This document shows positions 45,284-54,899 of a stretch of DNA of 54,899 nucleotides, one piece after another. Position 1 is the stretch's first letter; every line of letters begins with the position of its first letter. The position numbers were made by a program, and so were the translations under genes. The notes beneath the pieces are model-generated. The model searched no databases. It was not told the origin of the DNA and worked only from the letters and a program-made list of their open reading frames with translations. The stretch spans positions 1-54,899 of the forward strand of contig JBBQXJ010000026.1 in NCBI GenBank assembly GCA_038209745.1, in the 5' to 3' direction. Source of the stretch: Verrucomicrobiota bacterium. Lineage in GTDB: Bacteria > Verrucomicrobiota > Verrucomicrobiia > Limisphaerales > CANJSG01.

Positions 45284-47016
45284 AGACACTTCGAACGGCC
45301 TTCGCGGCGATGCTGCTCGCGATTCCCAGCCTCCCGGCGGCGACCCCGCTCGACCCTTCCGTGACCTGGGTGGGGAATTCCTTTTCCGGTGCGAGCAACA
45401 AGTGGGTGCAGAACTTCTTCATCCATACCCGCGTTCAGCCCGACGGCACCGTGAACACGTGGAGCCATTGGGACGAGGGCGGGAAGAAGTTCGGCGTCTA
45501 CAAGGACGGCGACGTGATCGGGAACACGAACGTGAATCCGAACAGCTTGGAGACGCGGGACCGACTGGGCCGGCTCTGGAAGCTGGAGGTGGACTACACG
45601 GATCCGAAGCATCAGGAATGGGAGTTCGTCCCGAAGGGAATCACGTGCGACGGCCAGGCCGTGGCCTTTCCCGATCTCTTCCAGCCGATGGCGCTGGCGC
45701 TCGCGAACGACGGCCGATTGATGGTGGCGGATTCCGGCACGGGGCCGCGCCAACAGGTGCTCTTCTACGACATCGCCGATTCTGCGAAGCCCAAACTGAT
45801 CCGGGCGTTTGGCGAGCGCGGCGGAATCCGCTCGGGCACGCCGGGGCAGATCACGCCGACGAAGTTCTGGGGCATCCGCGGCCTCGGCATGGACGCCGCC
45901 GGCAATGTCTACGTCGCCATGAGCGAGATGGGCACCGTGCTCCGGTCGTTCACTCCCGACGGGAAACTGCGCTGGGAAGTCCACGGAGAATTCTTCTGCG
46001 ACGTGGCCGTGGCCGATCCGGCCGACGACGCGGCCACGGTCTGGGGCATCCAGGAACGCTACGCGATGGATTGGTCCCAGCCGGCCGGCAAGGATTCGAA
46101 GTGGGTCGGCTACACGCTCGACCGCCACCAGTATCCGAATGATCCACGCGGCCTGATGCACGTGAAGCAACAGGGCGAACATGGACTCACCTCGCCCCAG
46201 ATCGTCTACCTCGACGGTCGGCGGTTCCTGTTCGTGGGCGGCATGTTCGCCAGCAACTTCATCGACATCTTCCGCTTCGAGGGCGGCGTGGCGGTCCCCT
46301 CCGGTTTGATCCTTCAATGGGGCAACAACCTCTTCAACACGGACCTCAGGTGGCCGCCGAACAAACCGGCCGGTCCTGCGATCTGGCGCGACGCCAACGG
46401 GGACGGCGACTATCAGGCCGACGAGTTCGCGGCGAACACCGACCGGGTCCAACCGGGTCCGTTCTGGGTGGATAAGAAGGGCAACATCTGGATGGCCTAC
46501 GGCTTCTTCCGCTATGATTTCCAAGGTCTCGACTCCAAGGGAAATCCGGTCTATTCCGCCGAAAAAACCACCGTTCTGGACAAGCCCAAGGGCGTGAAAA
46601 AGGTCGCGCGGGTCTGCTATCTCGACGACAGCGACACGCTGATCGTGGCGGAGGAAGGCAGCGACATGAGGCACATCGGCCGGGTGTTCGTCTGCAAGAA
46701 CTACCTCGCGGGCAATCGCGAGACCGTTTCGTTCGGGCCCGGCGCCGGAGACAAGGCGAGCTGCGTGGCGGCGGTCGGCGACTACGCCTTCACGGGCGGC
46801 TGGCAGGAACGCGGCCGGATCTGGGTCAATCGCCTGAGCGACGGTGCGGAGGTCGGCGTCTTTGATCCCGGCCCCACCGTCGGCGGCGTGGAGAACACCG
46901 GCTGGATCGACCTGCTCACCGGCATCAACGCGTTCAAGCGCAGCACCGGCGAATACCTCGTCTTCGTGGAGGAGAACTACAAGGGCAAGAGCCTGGTCTA
47001 TCGTTGGAAGCCATGA
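45280..47016 (+). CDS. Secreted NHL-repeat/beta-propeller protein
   Basis: Signal peptide MKTLRTAFAAMLLAIPSLPA; 'PMALALANDGRLMVADSG', 'RGLGMDAAGNVYVA', 'WRDANGDGDY'; ATGA overlap. Confidence 0.75.
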   Translation: MKTLRTAFAAMLLAIPSLPAATPLDPSVTWVGNSFSGASNKWVQNFFIHTRVQPDGTVNTWSHWDEGGKKFGVYKDGDVIGNTNVNPNSLETRDRLGRLWKLEVDYTDPKHQEWEFVPKGITCDGQAVAFPDLFQPMALALANDGRLMVADSGTGPRQQVLFYDIADSAKPKLIRAFGERGGIRSGTPGQITPTKFWGIRGLGMDAAGNVYVAMSEMGTVLRSFTPDGKLRWEVHGEFFCDVAVADPADDAATVWGIQERYAMDWSQPAGKDSKWVGYTLDRHQYPNDPRGLMHVKQQGEHGLTSPQIVYLDGRRFLFVGGMFASNFIDIFRFEGGVAVPSGLILQWGNNLFNTDLRWPPNKPAGPAIWRDANGDGDYQADEFAANTDRVQPGPFWVDKKGNIWMAYGFFRYDFQGLDSKGNPVYSAEKTTVLDKPKGVKKVARVCYLDDSDTLIVAEEGSDMRHIGRVFVCKNYLAGNRETVSFGPGAGDKASCVAAVGDYAFTGGWQERGRIWVNRLSDGAEVGVFDPGPTVGGVENTGWIDLLTGINAFKRSTGEYLVFVEENYKGKSLVYRWKP

Positions 47017-49112
47017 AGCCGCTCCGACTCTTTCGACTTCTCGCGCTCTTCATCGTGGCCACGGGAGCCTCCCTTCCGGCGCGGGCGGCGGCCGGCGATC
47101 CCATCGTCTTTCGCCCAGCCTACGCACCGGGTCCGGCCGACAATCCGCTCAAGGGCTTCGTGCCCTATGCGGGGCAAGGCCGGGAGTTTCCGCATTCGAT
47201 GGAGTTCCAATACCTGCCGTTGGCGGCGGTCATGAGCGGCCCGACAAACTTCAACTGGTCCGCTCTCGAACTCCTGCTGGACGACGTCGCTTCGCGGGGT
47301 TGCCAGACCGTCTTCCGCTTCTATCTGGAATATCCGCGCCAGCCGAGCGGGGTGCCGGCGTATCTGGTTGAGGCCGGGCTGGAACTGCGGACGTGGACCA
47401 ACACCAACACCCAGCCGCTGCCGCCGGCGATCGACCATACGCCCAACTACGAGGATCCGCGGCTGCGGGCCGCGCTCACGCGTTTCATCGCCGCGCTGGG
47501 TGCCCGTTACGACGGCGATCCGCGCATCGCCTGCATCACCGCCGGCCTGTTGGGCACGTGGGGCGAGTGGCACTGCTATCCGCACACGGAATGGTTCGCC
47601 TCGAAGACGGTCCAGTCCGAGGTGATGGACGCCTACGAAGCCGCCTTCCAGCGGACGCCGGTGTTGCTCCGCTACCCGGCTGGAGAGGACGACCCTGCGC
47701 ACGCGCCGAACGGAGGGCGGAGGCAGGGCTACCACGACGATTCCTTCGGCTGGGCCACGCTCGATACCGGACGCAAACAGGACGACTGGTTCTATCTTTC
47801 CGCATTGAGGAAAGCAGGACCGGCCGCGATGAGCCGGTGGAAGACGAGTCCCATTGGCGGCGAGATCCGGCCGGAACTCTGGCCCTGCCTTTGGAAGACC
47901 GGAGGCTGCCAGAAAGGCCAGGACTTCGCGCAGTGCGTCCGCGAGACCCATGCCTCATGGCTCATGGACACGAGCACTTCAGGGCCGATGAAACCCGACG
48001 AACGGGAACGGGCGATCTCGGCCGCGCGCAGCCTCGGATACGAACTGCAGGTGCTGGAAGCCAGCGCAAAACGGATCGGCCACCGGATGGAGGTCTCGGT
48101 GGCGATCACCAACCGGGGTGTCGCGCCGTTCTCCGCGGATTGGCCGATCCAGGTCAGGATTGCCGGGAGCGGAGGCAGCGGGACGGACGGGGTGTTTCCG
48201 GTCGGATTGAAAACAATTCTGCCCGGTTCCTCCGTCACGACGTCCGTCCGCATTGATCTGCCAGATGGTTTGCGCGGCGACCTGCAACTGCGCGTCGGCG
48301 TCGTGAACCCGCTCAAGGGCGGCCGACCGTTCCGCTTCGCCAACGTCTCTTCGGAGCCGATCCATCCGGGCTGGCTGACCCTCGGGCAGATCTCCGGCTC
48401 CACAGTCGCGCCCGATCCGTCCGGAGCCTCCACCAAAGGCGGTCCCACCCGAACCACGGTCTTGTTCAACGGCACGGACCTGACCGGTTGGCGCGCGCCG
48501 CGGGGCGCATGGACGACCGCTGAAAAGGTCGCCCTGGATCCCGGCAAACCGGAAGCCTTCACGATCGCTCCCGGCCAAGGCGTGCTGGTCAACGGAGCGG
48601 CGGGACGGACCGGTGATCTGATGACGGAGGCCGAATTCGGGGACATCGATCTGCACGTCGAGTTCTGCATCCCCCGCCACTCGAACTCGGGCATCTACCT
48701 CCAGGGGCGCTACGAGATCCAGGTCTACGACAGCCACGGCGTGGCCAAGGCCGACTATCCCGGAATCGAATGCGGCGGGATCTATCCGCGCTGGGTCAAC
48801 GAACAGGGCATCGAGGGCCATTCCCCGCGCGTCAACGCCAGCAAGCCGCCCGGCGAATGGCAGACGTTCCGCATCCAGTTCCGAGCGCCGCGCTTCGACC
48901 CCGCTGGCCGCAAGACCGAGAACGCCCGGATGATCCGCGTCTGGCACAACGGGCAGCTCATCCACGAGAACGTCGAACTCAAGGGGCCGACCCGGAGCGC
49001 GCATTGGTCCGATGAAAAAGCCATCGGTCCGATCCTGCTCCAGGGCGACCACGGTCCGGTCGCGTTCCGTAACCTGAGAGTCCGACCGCTTGATCCGAAC
49101 GACGCTCTATGA
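47013..49112 (+). CDS. Secreted DUF4832-type glycoside-hydrolase-like domain fused to DUF1080
   Basis: 'DNPLKGF', 'YDGDPRI...GLLGTWGEWH', 'GYHDDSF', 'PIGGE'; then 'LFNGTDLTGW', 'NSGIYLQGRYEIQVYDS', 'LQGDHGPVAFRN'. Confidence 0.8.
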   Translation: MKPLRLFRLLALFIVATGASLPARAAAGDPIVFRPAYAPGPADNPLKGFVPYAGQGREFPHSMEFQYLPLAAVMSGPTNFNWSALELLLDDVASRGCQTVFRFYLEYPRQPSGVPAYLVEAGLELRTWTNTNTQPLPPAIDHTPNYEDPRLRAALTRFIAALGARYDGDPRIACITAGLLGTWGEWHCYPHTEWFASKTVQSEVMDAYEAAFQRTPVLLRYPAGEDDPAHAPNGGRRQGYHDDSFGWATLDTGRKQDDWFYLSALRKAGPAAMSRWKTSPIGGEIRPELWPCLWKTGGCQKGQDFAQCVRETHASWLMDTSTSGPMKPDERERAISAARSLGYELQVLEASAKRIGHRMEVSVAITNRGVAPFSADWPIQVRIAGSGGSGTDGVFPVGLKTILPGSSVTTSVRIDLPDGLRGDLQLRVGVVNPLKGGRPFRFANVSSEPIHPGWLTLGQISGSTVAPDPSGASTKGGPTRTTVLFNGTDLTGWRAPRGAWTTAEKVALDPGKPEAFTIAPGQGVLVNGAAGRTGDLMTEAEFGDIDLHVEFCIPRHSNSGIYLQGRYEIQVYDSHGVAKADYPGIECGGIYPRWVNEQGIEGHSPRVNASKPPGEWQTFRIQFRAPRFDPAGRKTENARMIRVWHNGQLIHENVELKGPTRSAHWSDEKAIGPILLQGDHGPVAFRNLRVRPLDPNDAL

Positions 49113-50533
49113 GGGGAATTCTCCCGTATTCGGAGTCCAAGATGAAGGCCGTCATCGCCCTGATCGCTGCCGTTGTCTTCGTCCATGCTGCCACCGCGCA
49201 GATCCTCGTGCCCACCGACGCACCGAAGCCGCAGACGCCGGAGCGGGGCGCCGCCGCGTTCAGCACCAACGCCGTCTTCGCCGTGAGCAGATCCGCCAAG
49301 GGGCCCGCCGAAACATTCGTCGCCACGGCCACCGAAGAGGGCTCCACCAGCGCCACGTCCATCGCCGGAGGAGAACAAGTGAGCGAGGAGACGTTCCGCA
49401 GATTCATCGCCGCGCTCTCGCGCCCGCGCGACTTGAAGCGCGGTCACGAAATCTATCTTCAGGCATGCGCGACATGTCACCGCATCGGCAAAGAAGGTTT
49501 CGACGTCGGCCCCGATCTGCCGGGGCAGGTCGGCATGGCGGAGGAGTCGCTGCTCAAGGATATCCTGATGCCGAACGAACGCATCCGCCCGGGCTACGAA
49601 ACCACCGTCGTCCAGACGGCGGATGGTGCGTCCGTGACCGGCATCTTGAAAGACGACGGCGCAACGAGCCTGGCCTTGGTTTTGCCCAATGGAGTGGAGC
49701 ACGTGCTGCTGCGCAAAGACGTGACCGAAGTGCGCCGTCTCTCGACCTCCCTCATGCCCACCTTCGCCCAAGGCTTGTCTCCGGCCGATCTGGCCAATGT
49801 TCTTGCCTGGCTGCGGAGCAATCTGGGAAGCGGAGGGGCCCGTCCGACGGCCGGATATTTCGAGCTGCGCATCTATGATGTCACCCGCCACCAGCTCGCC
49901 GCCGTTCTCGAACGTTTCCGCGAGACCGTCCAACCGGTGCGCGAGAAGCACGGCATAAGGACCGTTGGCTACTGGACGGCGCGGGGCGTCACGAACGATG
50001 GAACGTTCGCCTACCTGATGAGCGCCGGGAGCCGGGACGAGTTGCAGCGGCGGGAGAAAGAATTTGGTGCCGACCCGGAATTCAAAAAAGGCTACGCCGC
50101 CTCAAACAAGAAGCACGGGAAGACGGTGGACGGAATCGCGGCGTTTTCATTGTCCGTGGACGCCACTGCTCGGTTTGACTTCAACCCAAGCCAGCCGCCC
50201 CGCGTGTTCGATCTGCGAATCTACTCCGTTCTGCCGGGTAGGCTGGATGCTTTCCGCTCGCGCTGGCGCGACCATGCAGTGCCGACCTACGAGCGACATG
50301 GTCTGCACAGCATCGGCTGGTGGGTCGCGGGGCAGAAGGATGCAGAAGGGCATGACCAGTTCGTATGCCTGCTGGCCGCTGAAAGCGCAGACGCCGTCCA
50401 GAAGGCCATCGCCGCGTTTCACGCGGATCCCGAGTGGCAACGGGTGGAACAGTTGACCGAAGCCGGAGGCGCCCTGCGCTCGGGGGTGACCGTCTTGAAG
50501 CTGACACCCGCCGACTTTTCCGAGCTGGAATGA
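49109..50533 (+). CDS. Cytochrome c (PVC heme-binding type) fused to two NIPSNAP domains
   Basis: 'CATCH..GPDL...SLMP'; 'YFELRIYDV...RFRE..HGIRTVGYW' and 'VFDLRIYSVLPGRLDAF...HGLHSIGWW...FHADPEW'. Alternative start 49142. Confidence 0.8.
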   Translation: MRGILPYSESKMKAVIALIAAVVFVHAATAQILVPTDAPKPQTPERGAAAFSTNAVFAVSRSAKGPAETFVATATEEGSTSATSIAGGEQVSEETFRRFIAALSRPRDLKRGHEIYLQACATCHRIGKEGFDVGPDLPGQVGMAEESLLKDILMPNERIRPGYETTVVQTADGASVTGILKDDGATSLALVLPNGVEHVLLRKDVTEVRRLSTSLMPTFAQGLSPADLANVLAWLRSNLGSGGARPTAGYFELRIYDVTRHQLAAVLERFRETVQPVREKHGIRTVGYWTARGVTNDGTFAYLMSAGSRDELQRREKEFGADPEFKKGYAASNKKHGKTVDGIAAFSLSVDATARFDFNPSQPPRVFDLRIYSVLPGRLDAFRSRWRDHAVPTYERHGLHSIGWWVAGQKDAEGHDQFVCLLAAESADAVQKAIAAFHADPEWQRVEQLTEAGGALRSGVTVLKLTPADFSELE

Positions 50534-50571
50534 ATCGTCTTCGAAAACTGGCCGACGGTGGTTTCGATGGG

Positions 50572-50632
50572 CCTGACCCGGATTGGTGGCCACCTTCTCC
50601 CCATCCGATGGCAAGAAGGACGAGATGAGGGG
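50572..50632. repeat. Third copy of the CCCTCACCCGG...GAGGGG palindromic repeat (diverged)
   Basis: CCTGACCCGG..GGCCACCTTCTCCCC...GATGAGGGG. Confidence 0.55.
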
Positions 50633-50720
50633 TTACCTGCTGTTTTACCAGCCTTCTTCCGTAGTGGGTATGGGTCGGGACGGGGAGACAATGCAGCGGA
50701 CGAGGCGAGGCTCGTTTGGC

Positions 50721-50752
50721 AAAAGAAAGCGGCGGCCCGCTTGGCCGCCGCT
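50721..50752 (-). terminator. Rho-independent terminator
   Basis: AGCGGCGGCC/GGCCGCCGCT stem with an A-tract on the + strand, 30 nt past the oxidoreductase stop. Confidence 0.8.
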
Positions 50753-50781
50753 GCGTCGAGGTCTCCGGCTGGAACCGGGAC

Positions 50782-52173
50782 TCAGTATTCGCGGTTCTTC
50801 TTGATGCCGGGTTCCGGGATCGGATAGCGGCCGTGCGCGTCGGGCATGATCGGCGAATCGCTGGTGAGCGTCAGCTTGTCGGAATTGGGCGACAGCTCGA
50901 TCGGGTGGTTCAGGAAGTCCTCGAACGTGACCTCCTGACCGGTGTGCGCGGCGTAGCGGCCCAAGGAACTGGTCACGCTGGCATGAACCCCGCGCGCCAC
51001 CTCGTTGTAGGGCTTGTCGTTGCGGATCGCCTCGGTCAGGTCGTTCCATTCGTTGAGATAGGGGTCGCGCTCGTCCGGCTTCACGTCGGAGACCCAGACT
51101 TGGTTTCCGCGGTTCGGATTCTGGCTGGAGTGGATGCTGGAAGGGAGGCCGCAGTCGCCGTTCTTGGCCGCGATCGCCATGCCTTTGGTGCCCTGGACGT
51201 GGCTGAAATACATGTCGTTGCAGCCGTTCATGCAGCGTCCGTCCATATACATCTTGGAGCCGTCGGCGAAGGTGTATTCCACCGCGTAGGAATCGAAGTT
51301 CTGGTCGATGTAGTCCACGCCGTCGGGCCCCTTGCGGTAGTGCCGACCGCCAAGGGCCTGGGCTTTCACCGGCCAGGCGTTCTTCATCCAGCAAAGGTGG
51401 TCGACGTGGTGGATGTAGAAGTCGTTGAAGCAGCCGCCGCTCAGCCAGATGAAGCTGTGGAACCGGCTGATCTGGTACATCAGATCGGTCATGCCGCCGG
51501 GGTTCGGAACGGAAAAGGCCGAGGCGAGCGGACCCGCCATGCGGTAGCCGCGCATCAAAAGGACGTCGCCGATCTCGCCGTCCTCGATGCGCTTGTGCAG
51601 TTCCTGGAGGGCGCGGCTGTGGCGGGACATCAGGCCCACGCCGACCTTGAGGTTCTTGGCCGTGGCCTCTTCGGCGAGCTTGAGCATGCGCCGGGAGGTG
51701 GGGCCGTCCGCCGTCAGCGGCTTCTCCATGAACACGTTGATCCCCTTGGCGATGGCGTAGGTGAAGTGGACCCAGCGGAAGGCCAGCGGCGTGGTGAAGA
51801 TGGCGATGTCCCCGGGACGGAGGCAGTCCATGGCCTTCTTGTATCCGTCGAAGCCGATGAACTTGCGGTCGTCCGGAACGTCGACCCTTTCCCCGTGCCG
51901 CTTCTTGAGGCTGCTGTAGGCCCCGTCGAGCTTGTCTTTGAAGACGTCGGCCATGGCGACGAGCTGCATGGGACCGGTCTTGACGGACAAGGCGTTGTCG
52001 GCGGCACCACCGCCCCGGCCGCCGCACCCGATGAGCGCGACCTTGATGGTGTTGGTGCTCGCGGCGTGGACGTGGGGGATGAGGGTTCCGGCCAGAGCTG
52101 AGACGGCGGCGACCGTTCCAGTGGTTTTGATGAAGTCACGACGGGTCGTGAGAATGCGAGGCGTGGAGGTCAT
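50782..52173 (-). CDS. Tat-exported Gfo/Idh/MocA oxidoreductase
   Basis: 'TRRDFIK', 'ALIGCGGRGGGA', 'NVFMEKP', 'FYIHHVD'. Confidence 0.92.
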   Translation of the reverse strand: MTSTPRILTTRRDFIKTTGTVAAVSALAGTLIPHVHAASTNTIKVALIGCGGRGGGAADNALSVKTGPMQLVAMADVFKDKLDGAYSSLKKRHGERVDVPDDRKFIGFDGYKKAMDCLRPGDIAIFTTPLAFRWVHFTYAIAKGINVFMEKPLTADGPTSRRMLKLAEEATAKNLKVGVGLMSRHSRALQELHKRIEDGEIGDVLLMRGYRMAGPLASAFSVPNPGGMTDLMYQISRFHSFIWLSGGCFNDFYIHHVDHLCWMKNAWPVKAQALGGRHYRKGPDGVDYIDQNFDSYAVEYTFADGSKMYMDGRCMNGCNDMYFSHVQGTKGMAIAAKNGDCGLPSSIHSSQNPNRGNQVWVSDVKPDERDPYLNEWNDLTEAIRNDKPYNEVARGVHASVTSSLGRYAAHTGQEVTFEDFLNHPIELSPNSDKLTLTSDSPIMPDAHGRYPIPEPGIKKNREY

Positions 52174-52316
52174 TTGTTTAATTCCCGACGTTCCGCGGGC
52201 GAAGTCAATTCAAGAGACGGCTCCATCCGGATGTTTTTATTGGCGAGGGGTCGATCGAGGCGTGGGTTTTGGGTCGCGTTGACGGTCTTGGCCGCCACCC
52301 CTAGTTTCCGCGTCCG

Positions 52317-54353
52317 ATGTTCCAGCTTGTTTCGTCCTACCAACCCGCCGGCGACCAGCCCCAGGCCATTGCCCGGCTGACGAAAGGCGTCCTGGGCGGG
52401 GTGCGGGACCAGGTGCTGCTGGGCGTCACCGGTTCGGGCAAGACCTTCACCATGGCCAACGTCATCGCCACGGCGAACCGGCCGACGCTGGTCATTTCCC
52501 ACAACAAGACGCTGGCGGCGCAGCTCTACGCGGAGTTCAAGGGCTTCTTCCCCCACAACGCCGTCGAATACTTCGTCAGCTACTTCGACTTCTACCAGCC
52601 CGAGGCCTACATCCCGCGCACGGACACCTTCATCGAGAAGGATTCGAGCATCAACGAGGAGATCGAGCGGATGCGCCTTTCGACGATGGCGTCGCTCTTC
52701 ACCCGGCGCGACGTGATCGTCGTCGCCAGCGTGTCGTGCATCTACGGCATCGGCAGCAAGGAGGACTACGAACAGCTCATCGTCCCGGTGCATGTCGGCC
52801 AGGAGATCGGCCGCGACACGCTGTTGAGCCGCCTCGTCGATCTGCAATACGGCCGCAACGACATCGCTTTCGAGCGCGGCCAGTTCCGCGTGCGCGGCGA
52901 CACGGTGGAGCTGCGGCCGGCGGCGACGGAGGACGGCGTGCGGATCGAGTTCTTCGGCGAGGAGATCGAGCGCATCACCCGCTTCGAGCCCTTGACCGGC
53001 GAGAAGACCGAGGACTTGAAGAGCGTCCTCATCTTCCCGGCAAAACAGTTCGCCACCGTGGCCGACAAGATGAAGCGCGCCATCCTCTCCATCCGCGAGG
53101 AGCTGGGGACCCGCATCTTCGAGTTCGAGAGCCAGGGGAAACTGCTGGAGGCGCAGCGCATCAAGATGCGGACGGAATACGACCTGGAGATGATGGAGGA
53201 GCTCGGCTTCTGCTCCGGCATCGAGAACTACTCCCGCCACATCACCCAGCGGCCGCCGAACTCGAAGCCGAACACCTTGATGAACTTCTTCCCGCAGGAC
53301 TTCCTGCTGGTGATCGACGAATCGCACGCGACCCTGCCGCAGATTGGCGGGATGTTTGCCGGCGACCGTTCGCGCAAGACCACCTTGGTCGAGCACGGCT
53401 TCCGGCTGCCCAGCGCCTTGGACAACCGGCCGCTGAACTACGAGGAATTCACCAACCATATCCACCAGGCCGTCTACGTCAGCGCCACGCCCGCTCTGGA
53501 GGAGATGCAGAAGGCCGGCAAACACGTCGCCGAACAGATCGTCCGTCCCACCGGCCTCATCGATCCGGAGATCGTGATCAAGCCGCTCAAGGGCCAGGTG
53601 GACGATCTGCTGGAGGAAGTCCGCCAGCGCGTGGGCGACAAGCAACGCGTGCTCGTGACCGTGTTGACCAAGCGCACGGCGGAGGAATTGACCGACTACC
53701 TGCGCGACCTCGGCATCCTCGTCCGCTACCTCCACAGCGAGATCGACGCCATCGAGCGCGTGGAGATTCTGCGGGCCTTGCGCCGGGGCGAATTCGACGT
53801 GCTGGTCGGCATCAATCTCCTGCGCGAAGGCCTCGACCTGCCGGAGGTTTCCTTGGTCGCCATTCTCGACGCGGACAAGGAAGGCTATCTCCGCTCCGTC
53901 ACCAGCCTCGTCCAGACCGCCGGCCGCGCGGCGCGCCATTTGGACGGCAAGGTCATCCTCTACGCCGACACGATGACCCAGAGCATCCAGAAGTTTCTGG
54001 CCATCTCGAAGTATCGCCGGGAGAAGCAGGTCGCCTACAACACGGAGCACGGGATCACGCCCCGCAGCGTCAGCCGCGCGGTGGAGGCAAGCCTTTCCAG
54101 CCGGGCCCACGAGTTCGACAGCAAGGCGCGTCTGATGATGAAGGATTCCGGCCAGGACTTCGACCTGACCGAAACCGTCCGCGAGCTGGAGGAGGAGATG
54201 ATCGAAGCCTCGAACAAGCTGGAGTTCGAGAAAGCCGCCCTCCTCCGCGACCAGATCAAGGAACTGAAACGGCGCATGGGCGGGGACACGGGCGCGGCTC
54301 CGGCGAAGCCGGTGAGTTATGGGAAGAAGACGGGGAGACGGACGCGCGGTTGA
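52317..54353 (+). CDS. uvrB: Excinuclease ABC subunit B
   Basis: 'PAGDQPQAI', 'GVTGSGKTF', 'YQPEAY', 'IDESH', 'GINLLREGLD', C-terminal UVR 'FEKAALLRD'. Confidence 0.98.
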   Translation: MFQLVSSYQPAGDQPQAIARLTKGVLGGVRDQVLLGVTGSGKTFTMANVIATANRPTLVISHNKTLAAQLYAEFKGFFPHNAVEYFVSYFDFYQPEAYIPRTDTFIEKDSSINEEIERMRLSTMASLFTRRDVIVVASVSCIYGIGSKEDYEQLIVPVHVGQEIGRDTLLSRLVDLQYGRNDIAFERGQFRVRGDTVELRPAATEDGVRIEFFGEEIERITRFEPLTGEKTEDLKSVLIFPAKQFATVADKMKRAILSIREELGTRIFEFESQGKLLEAQRIKMRTEYDLEMMEELGFCSGIENYSRHITQRPPNSKPNTLMNFFPQDFLLVIDESHATLPQIGGMFAGDRSRKTTLVEHGFRLPSALDNRPLNYEEFTNHIHQAVYVSATPALEEMQKAGKHVAEQIVRPTGLIDPEIVIKPLKGQVDDLLEEVRQRVGDKQRVLVTVLTKRTAEELTDYLRDLGILVRYLHSEIDAIERVEILRALRRGEFDVLVGINLLREGLDLPEVSLVAILDADKEGYLRSVTSLVQTAGRAARHLDGKVILYADTMTQSIQKFLAISKYRREKQVAYNTEHGITPRSVSRAVEASLSSRAHEFDSKARLMMKDSGQDFDLTETVRELEEEMIEASNKLEFEKAALLRDQIKELKRRMGGDTGAAPAKPVSYGKKTGRRTRG

Positions 54354-54548
54354 AGTTGATTTGTCTGTGCGGTCAACCGTGAGATTCTTGATCTGGGAGA
54401 CTTTCATGGAGAAAAGATGTTCTCCGCTTTTCAACTTGTTTTTCTACAGCCGGTCCATTGAAATGATTCCACAAAAAGGGGTATATTTGCAGATGTTCTA
54501 GGATGCTTCTGCGCGCGGCTCACTTTCATAAATCAGCCATTCTATACT

Positions 54549-54839
54549 ATGACTCGCATTCGATTCGCTTTCGCGTTTCTGGGATTGATCGCATTTACCG
54601 GCACTTCGTTTCGAACGATATCCGCATCTCTCCCTGTTCCTGAATGGCACCTCGCCGAGAGACAGACATTAGCTTCCGACTTGAGCCCACCTGGTTCAGA
54701 CACCGACAATCCCGGTCGACCCTCCGTGGCTTTTGACGGGACGAACTACTTGGTTGTCAGTAAGCGTCCTGCCGAGCACCGGTTGAAGGCATAGATGTCG
54801 TAGCGATAGGCTATGACATCTATGCCGCGCTATGCCGCG
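54549..54839 (+). pseudogene. Disrupted secreted protein gene
   Basis: Signal peptide and 'PSVAFDGTNYLVV', stop at 54792-54794, with 'GYDIYAA' continuing in another frame. Confidence 0.55.
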
Positions 54840-54899
54840 ATTTTGTGGAGGGGCTGGCGGGATCTGGCCCAAGCGGCGGGGAGGATCTCGGGGAGCTGG

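Overview
GC-rich bacterial chromosomal segment with PVC-superphylum gene families (PSD1/planctomycete cytochrome c, PVC-type heme-binding protein, DUF1080, Tat-exported Gfo/Idh/MocA), most consistent with Verrucomicrobiota (inference). Housekeeping genes: uvrA, uvrB, glycerate kinase, an aldehyde dehydrogenase and tRNA-Thr(CGT). Main observations: (1) a co-oriented 7.5-16.9 kb cluster joins a bacillithiol-type pathway (bshA, bshB1 and a half-length, Rossmann-core-only BshC-like protein) to a secreted PIG-L deacetylase, a 48-aa membrane peptide and a Na+/solute symporter; (2) several small repeat families occur here (inverted decamer arrays bracketing variable cargo, GTAG/GGAG REP doublets, heptamer arrays, a hairpin family, a two-copy MITE-like element, a 21-bp palindromic array), some inserted in-frame inside uvrA; (3) a translationally coupled operon of secreted proteins at 42.7-50.5 kb ends in a cytochrome c-NIPSNAP fusion; (4) decayed mobile DNA (IS5 remnant, degraded island beside tRNA-Thr). 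All family assignments are by motif recognition; no database search was run.
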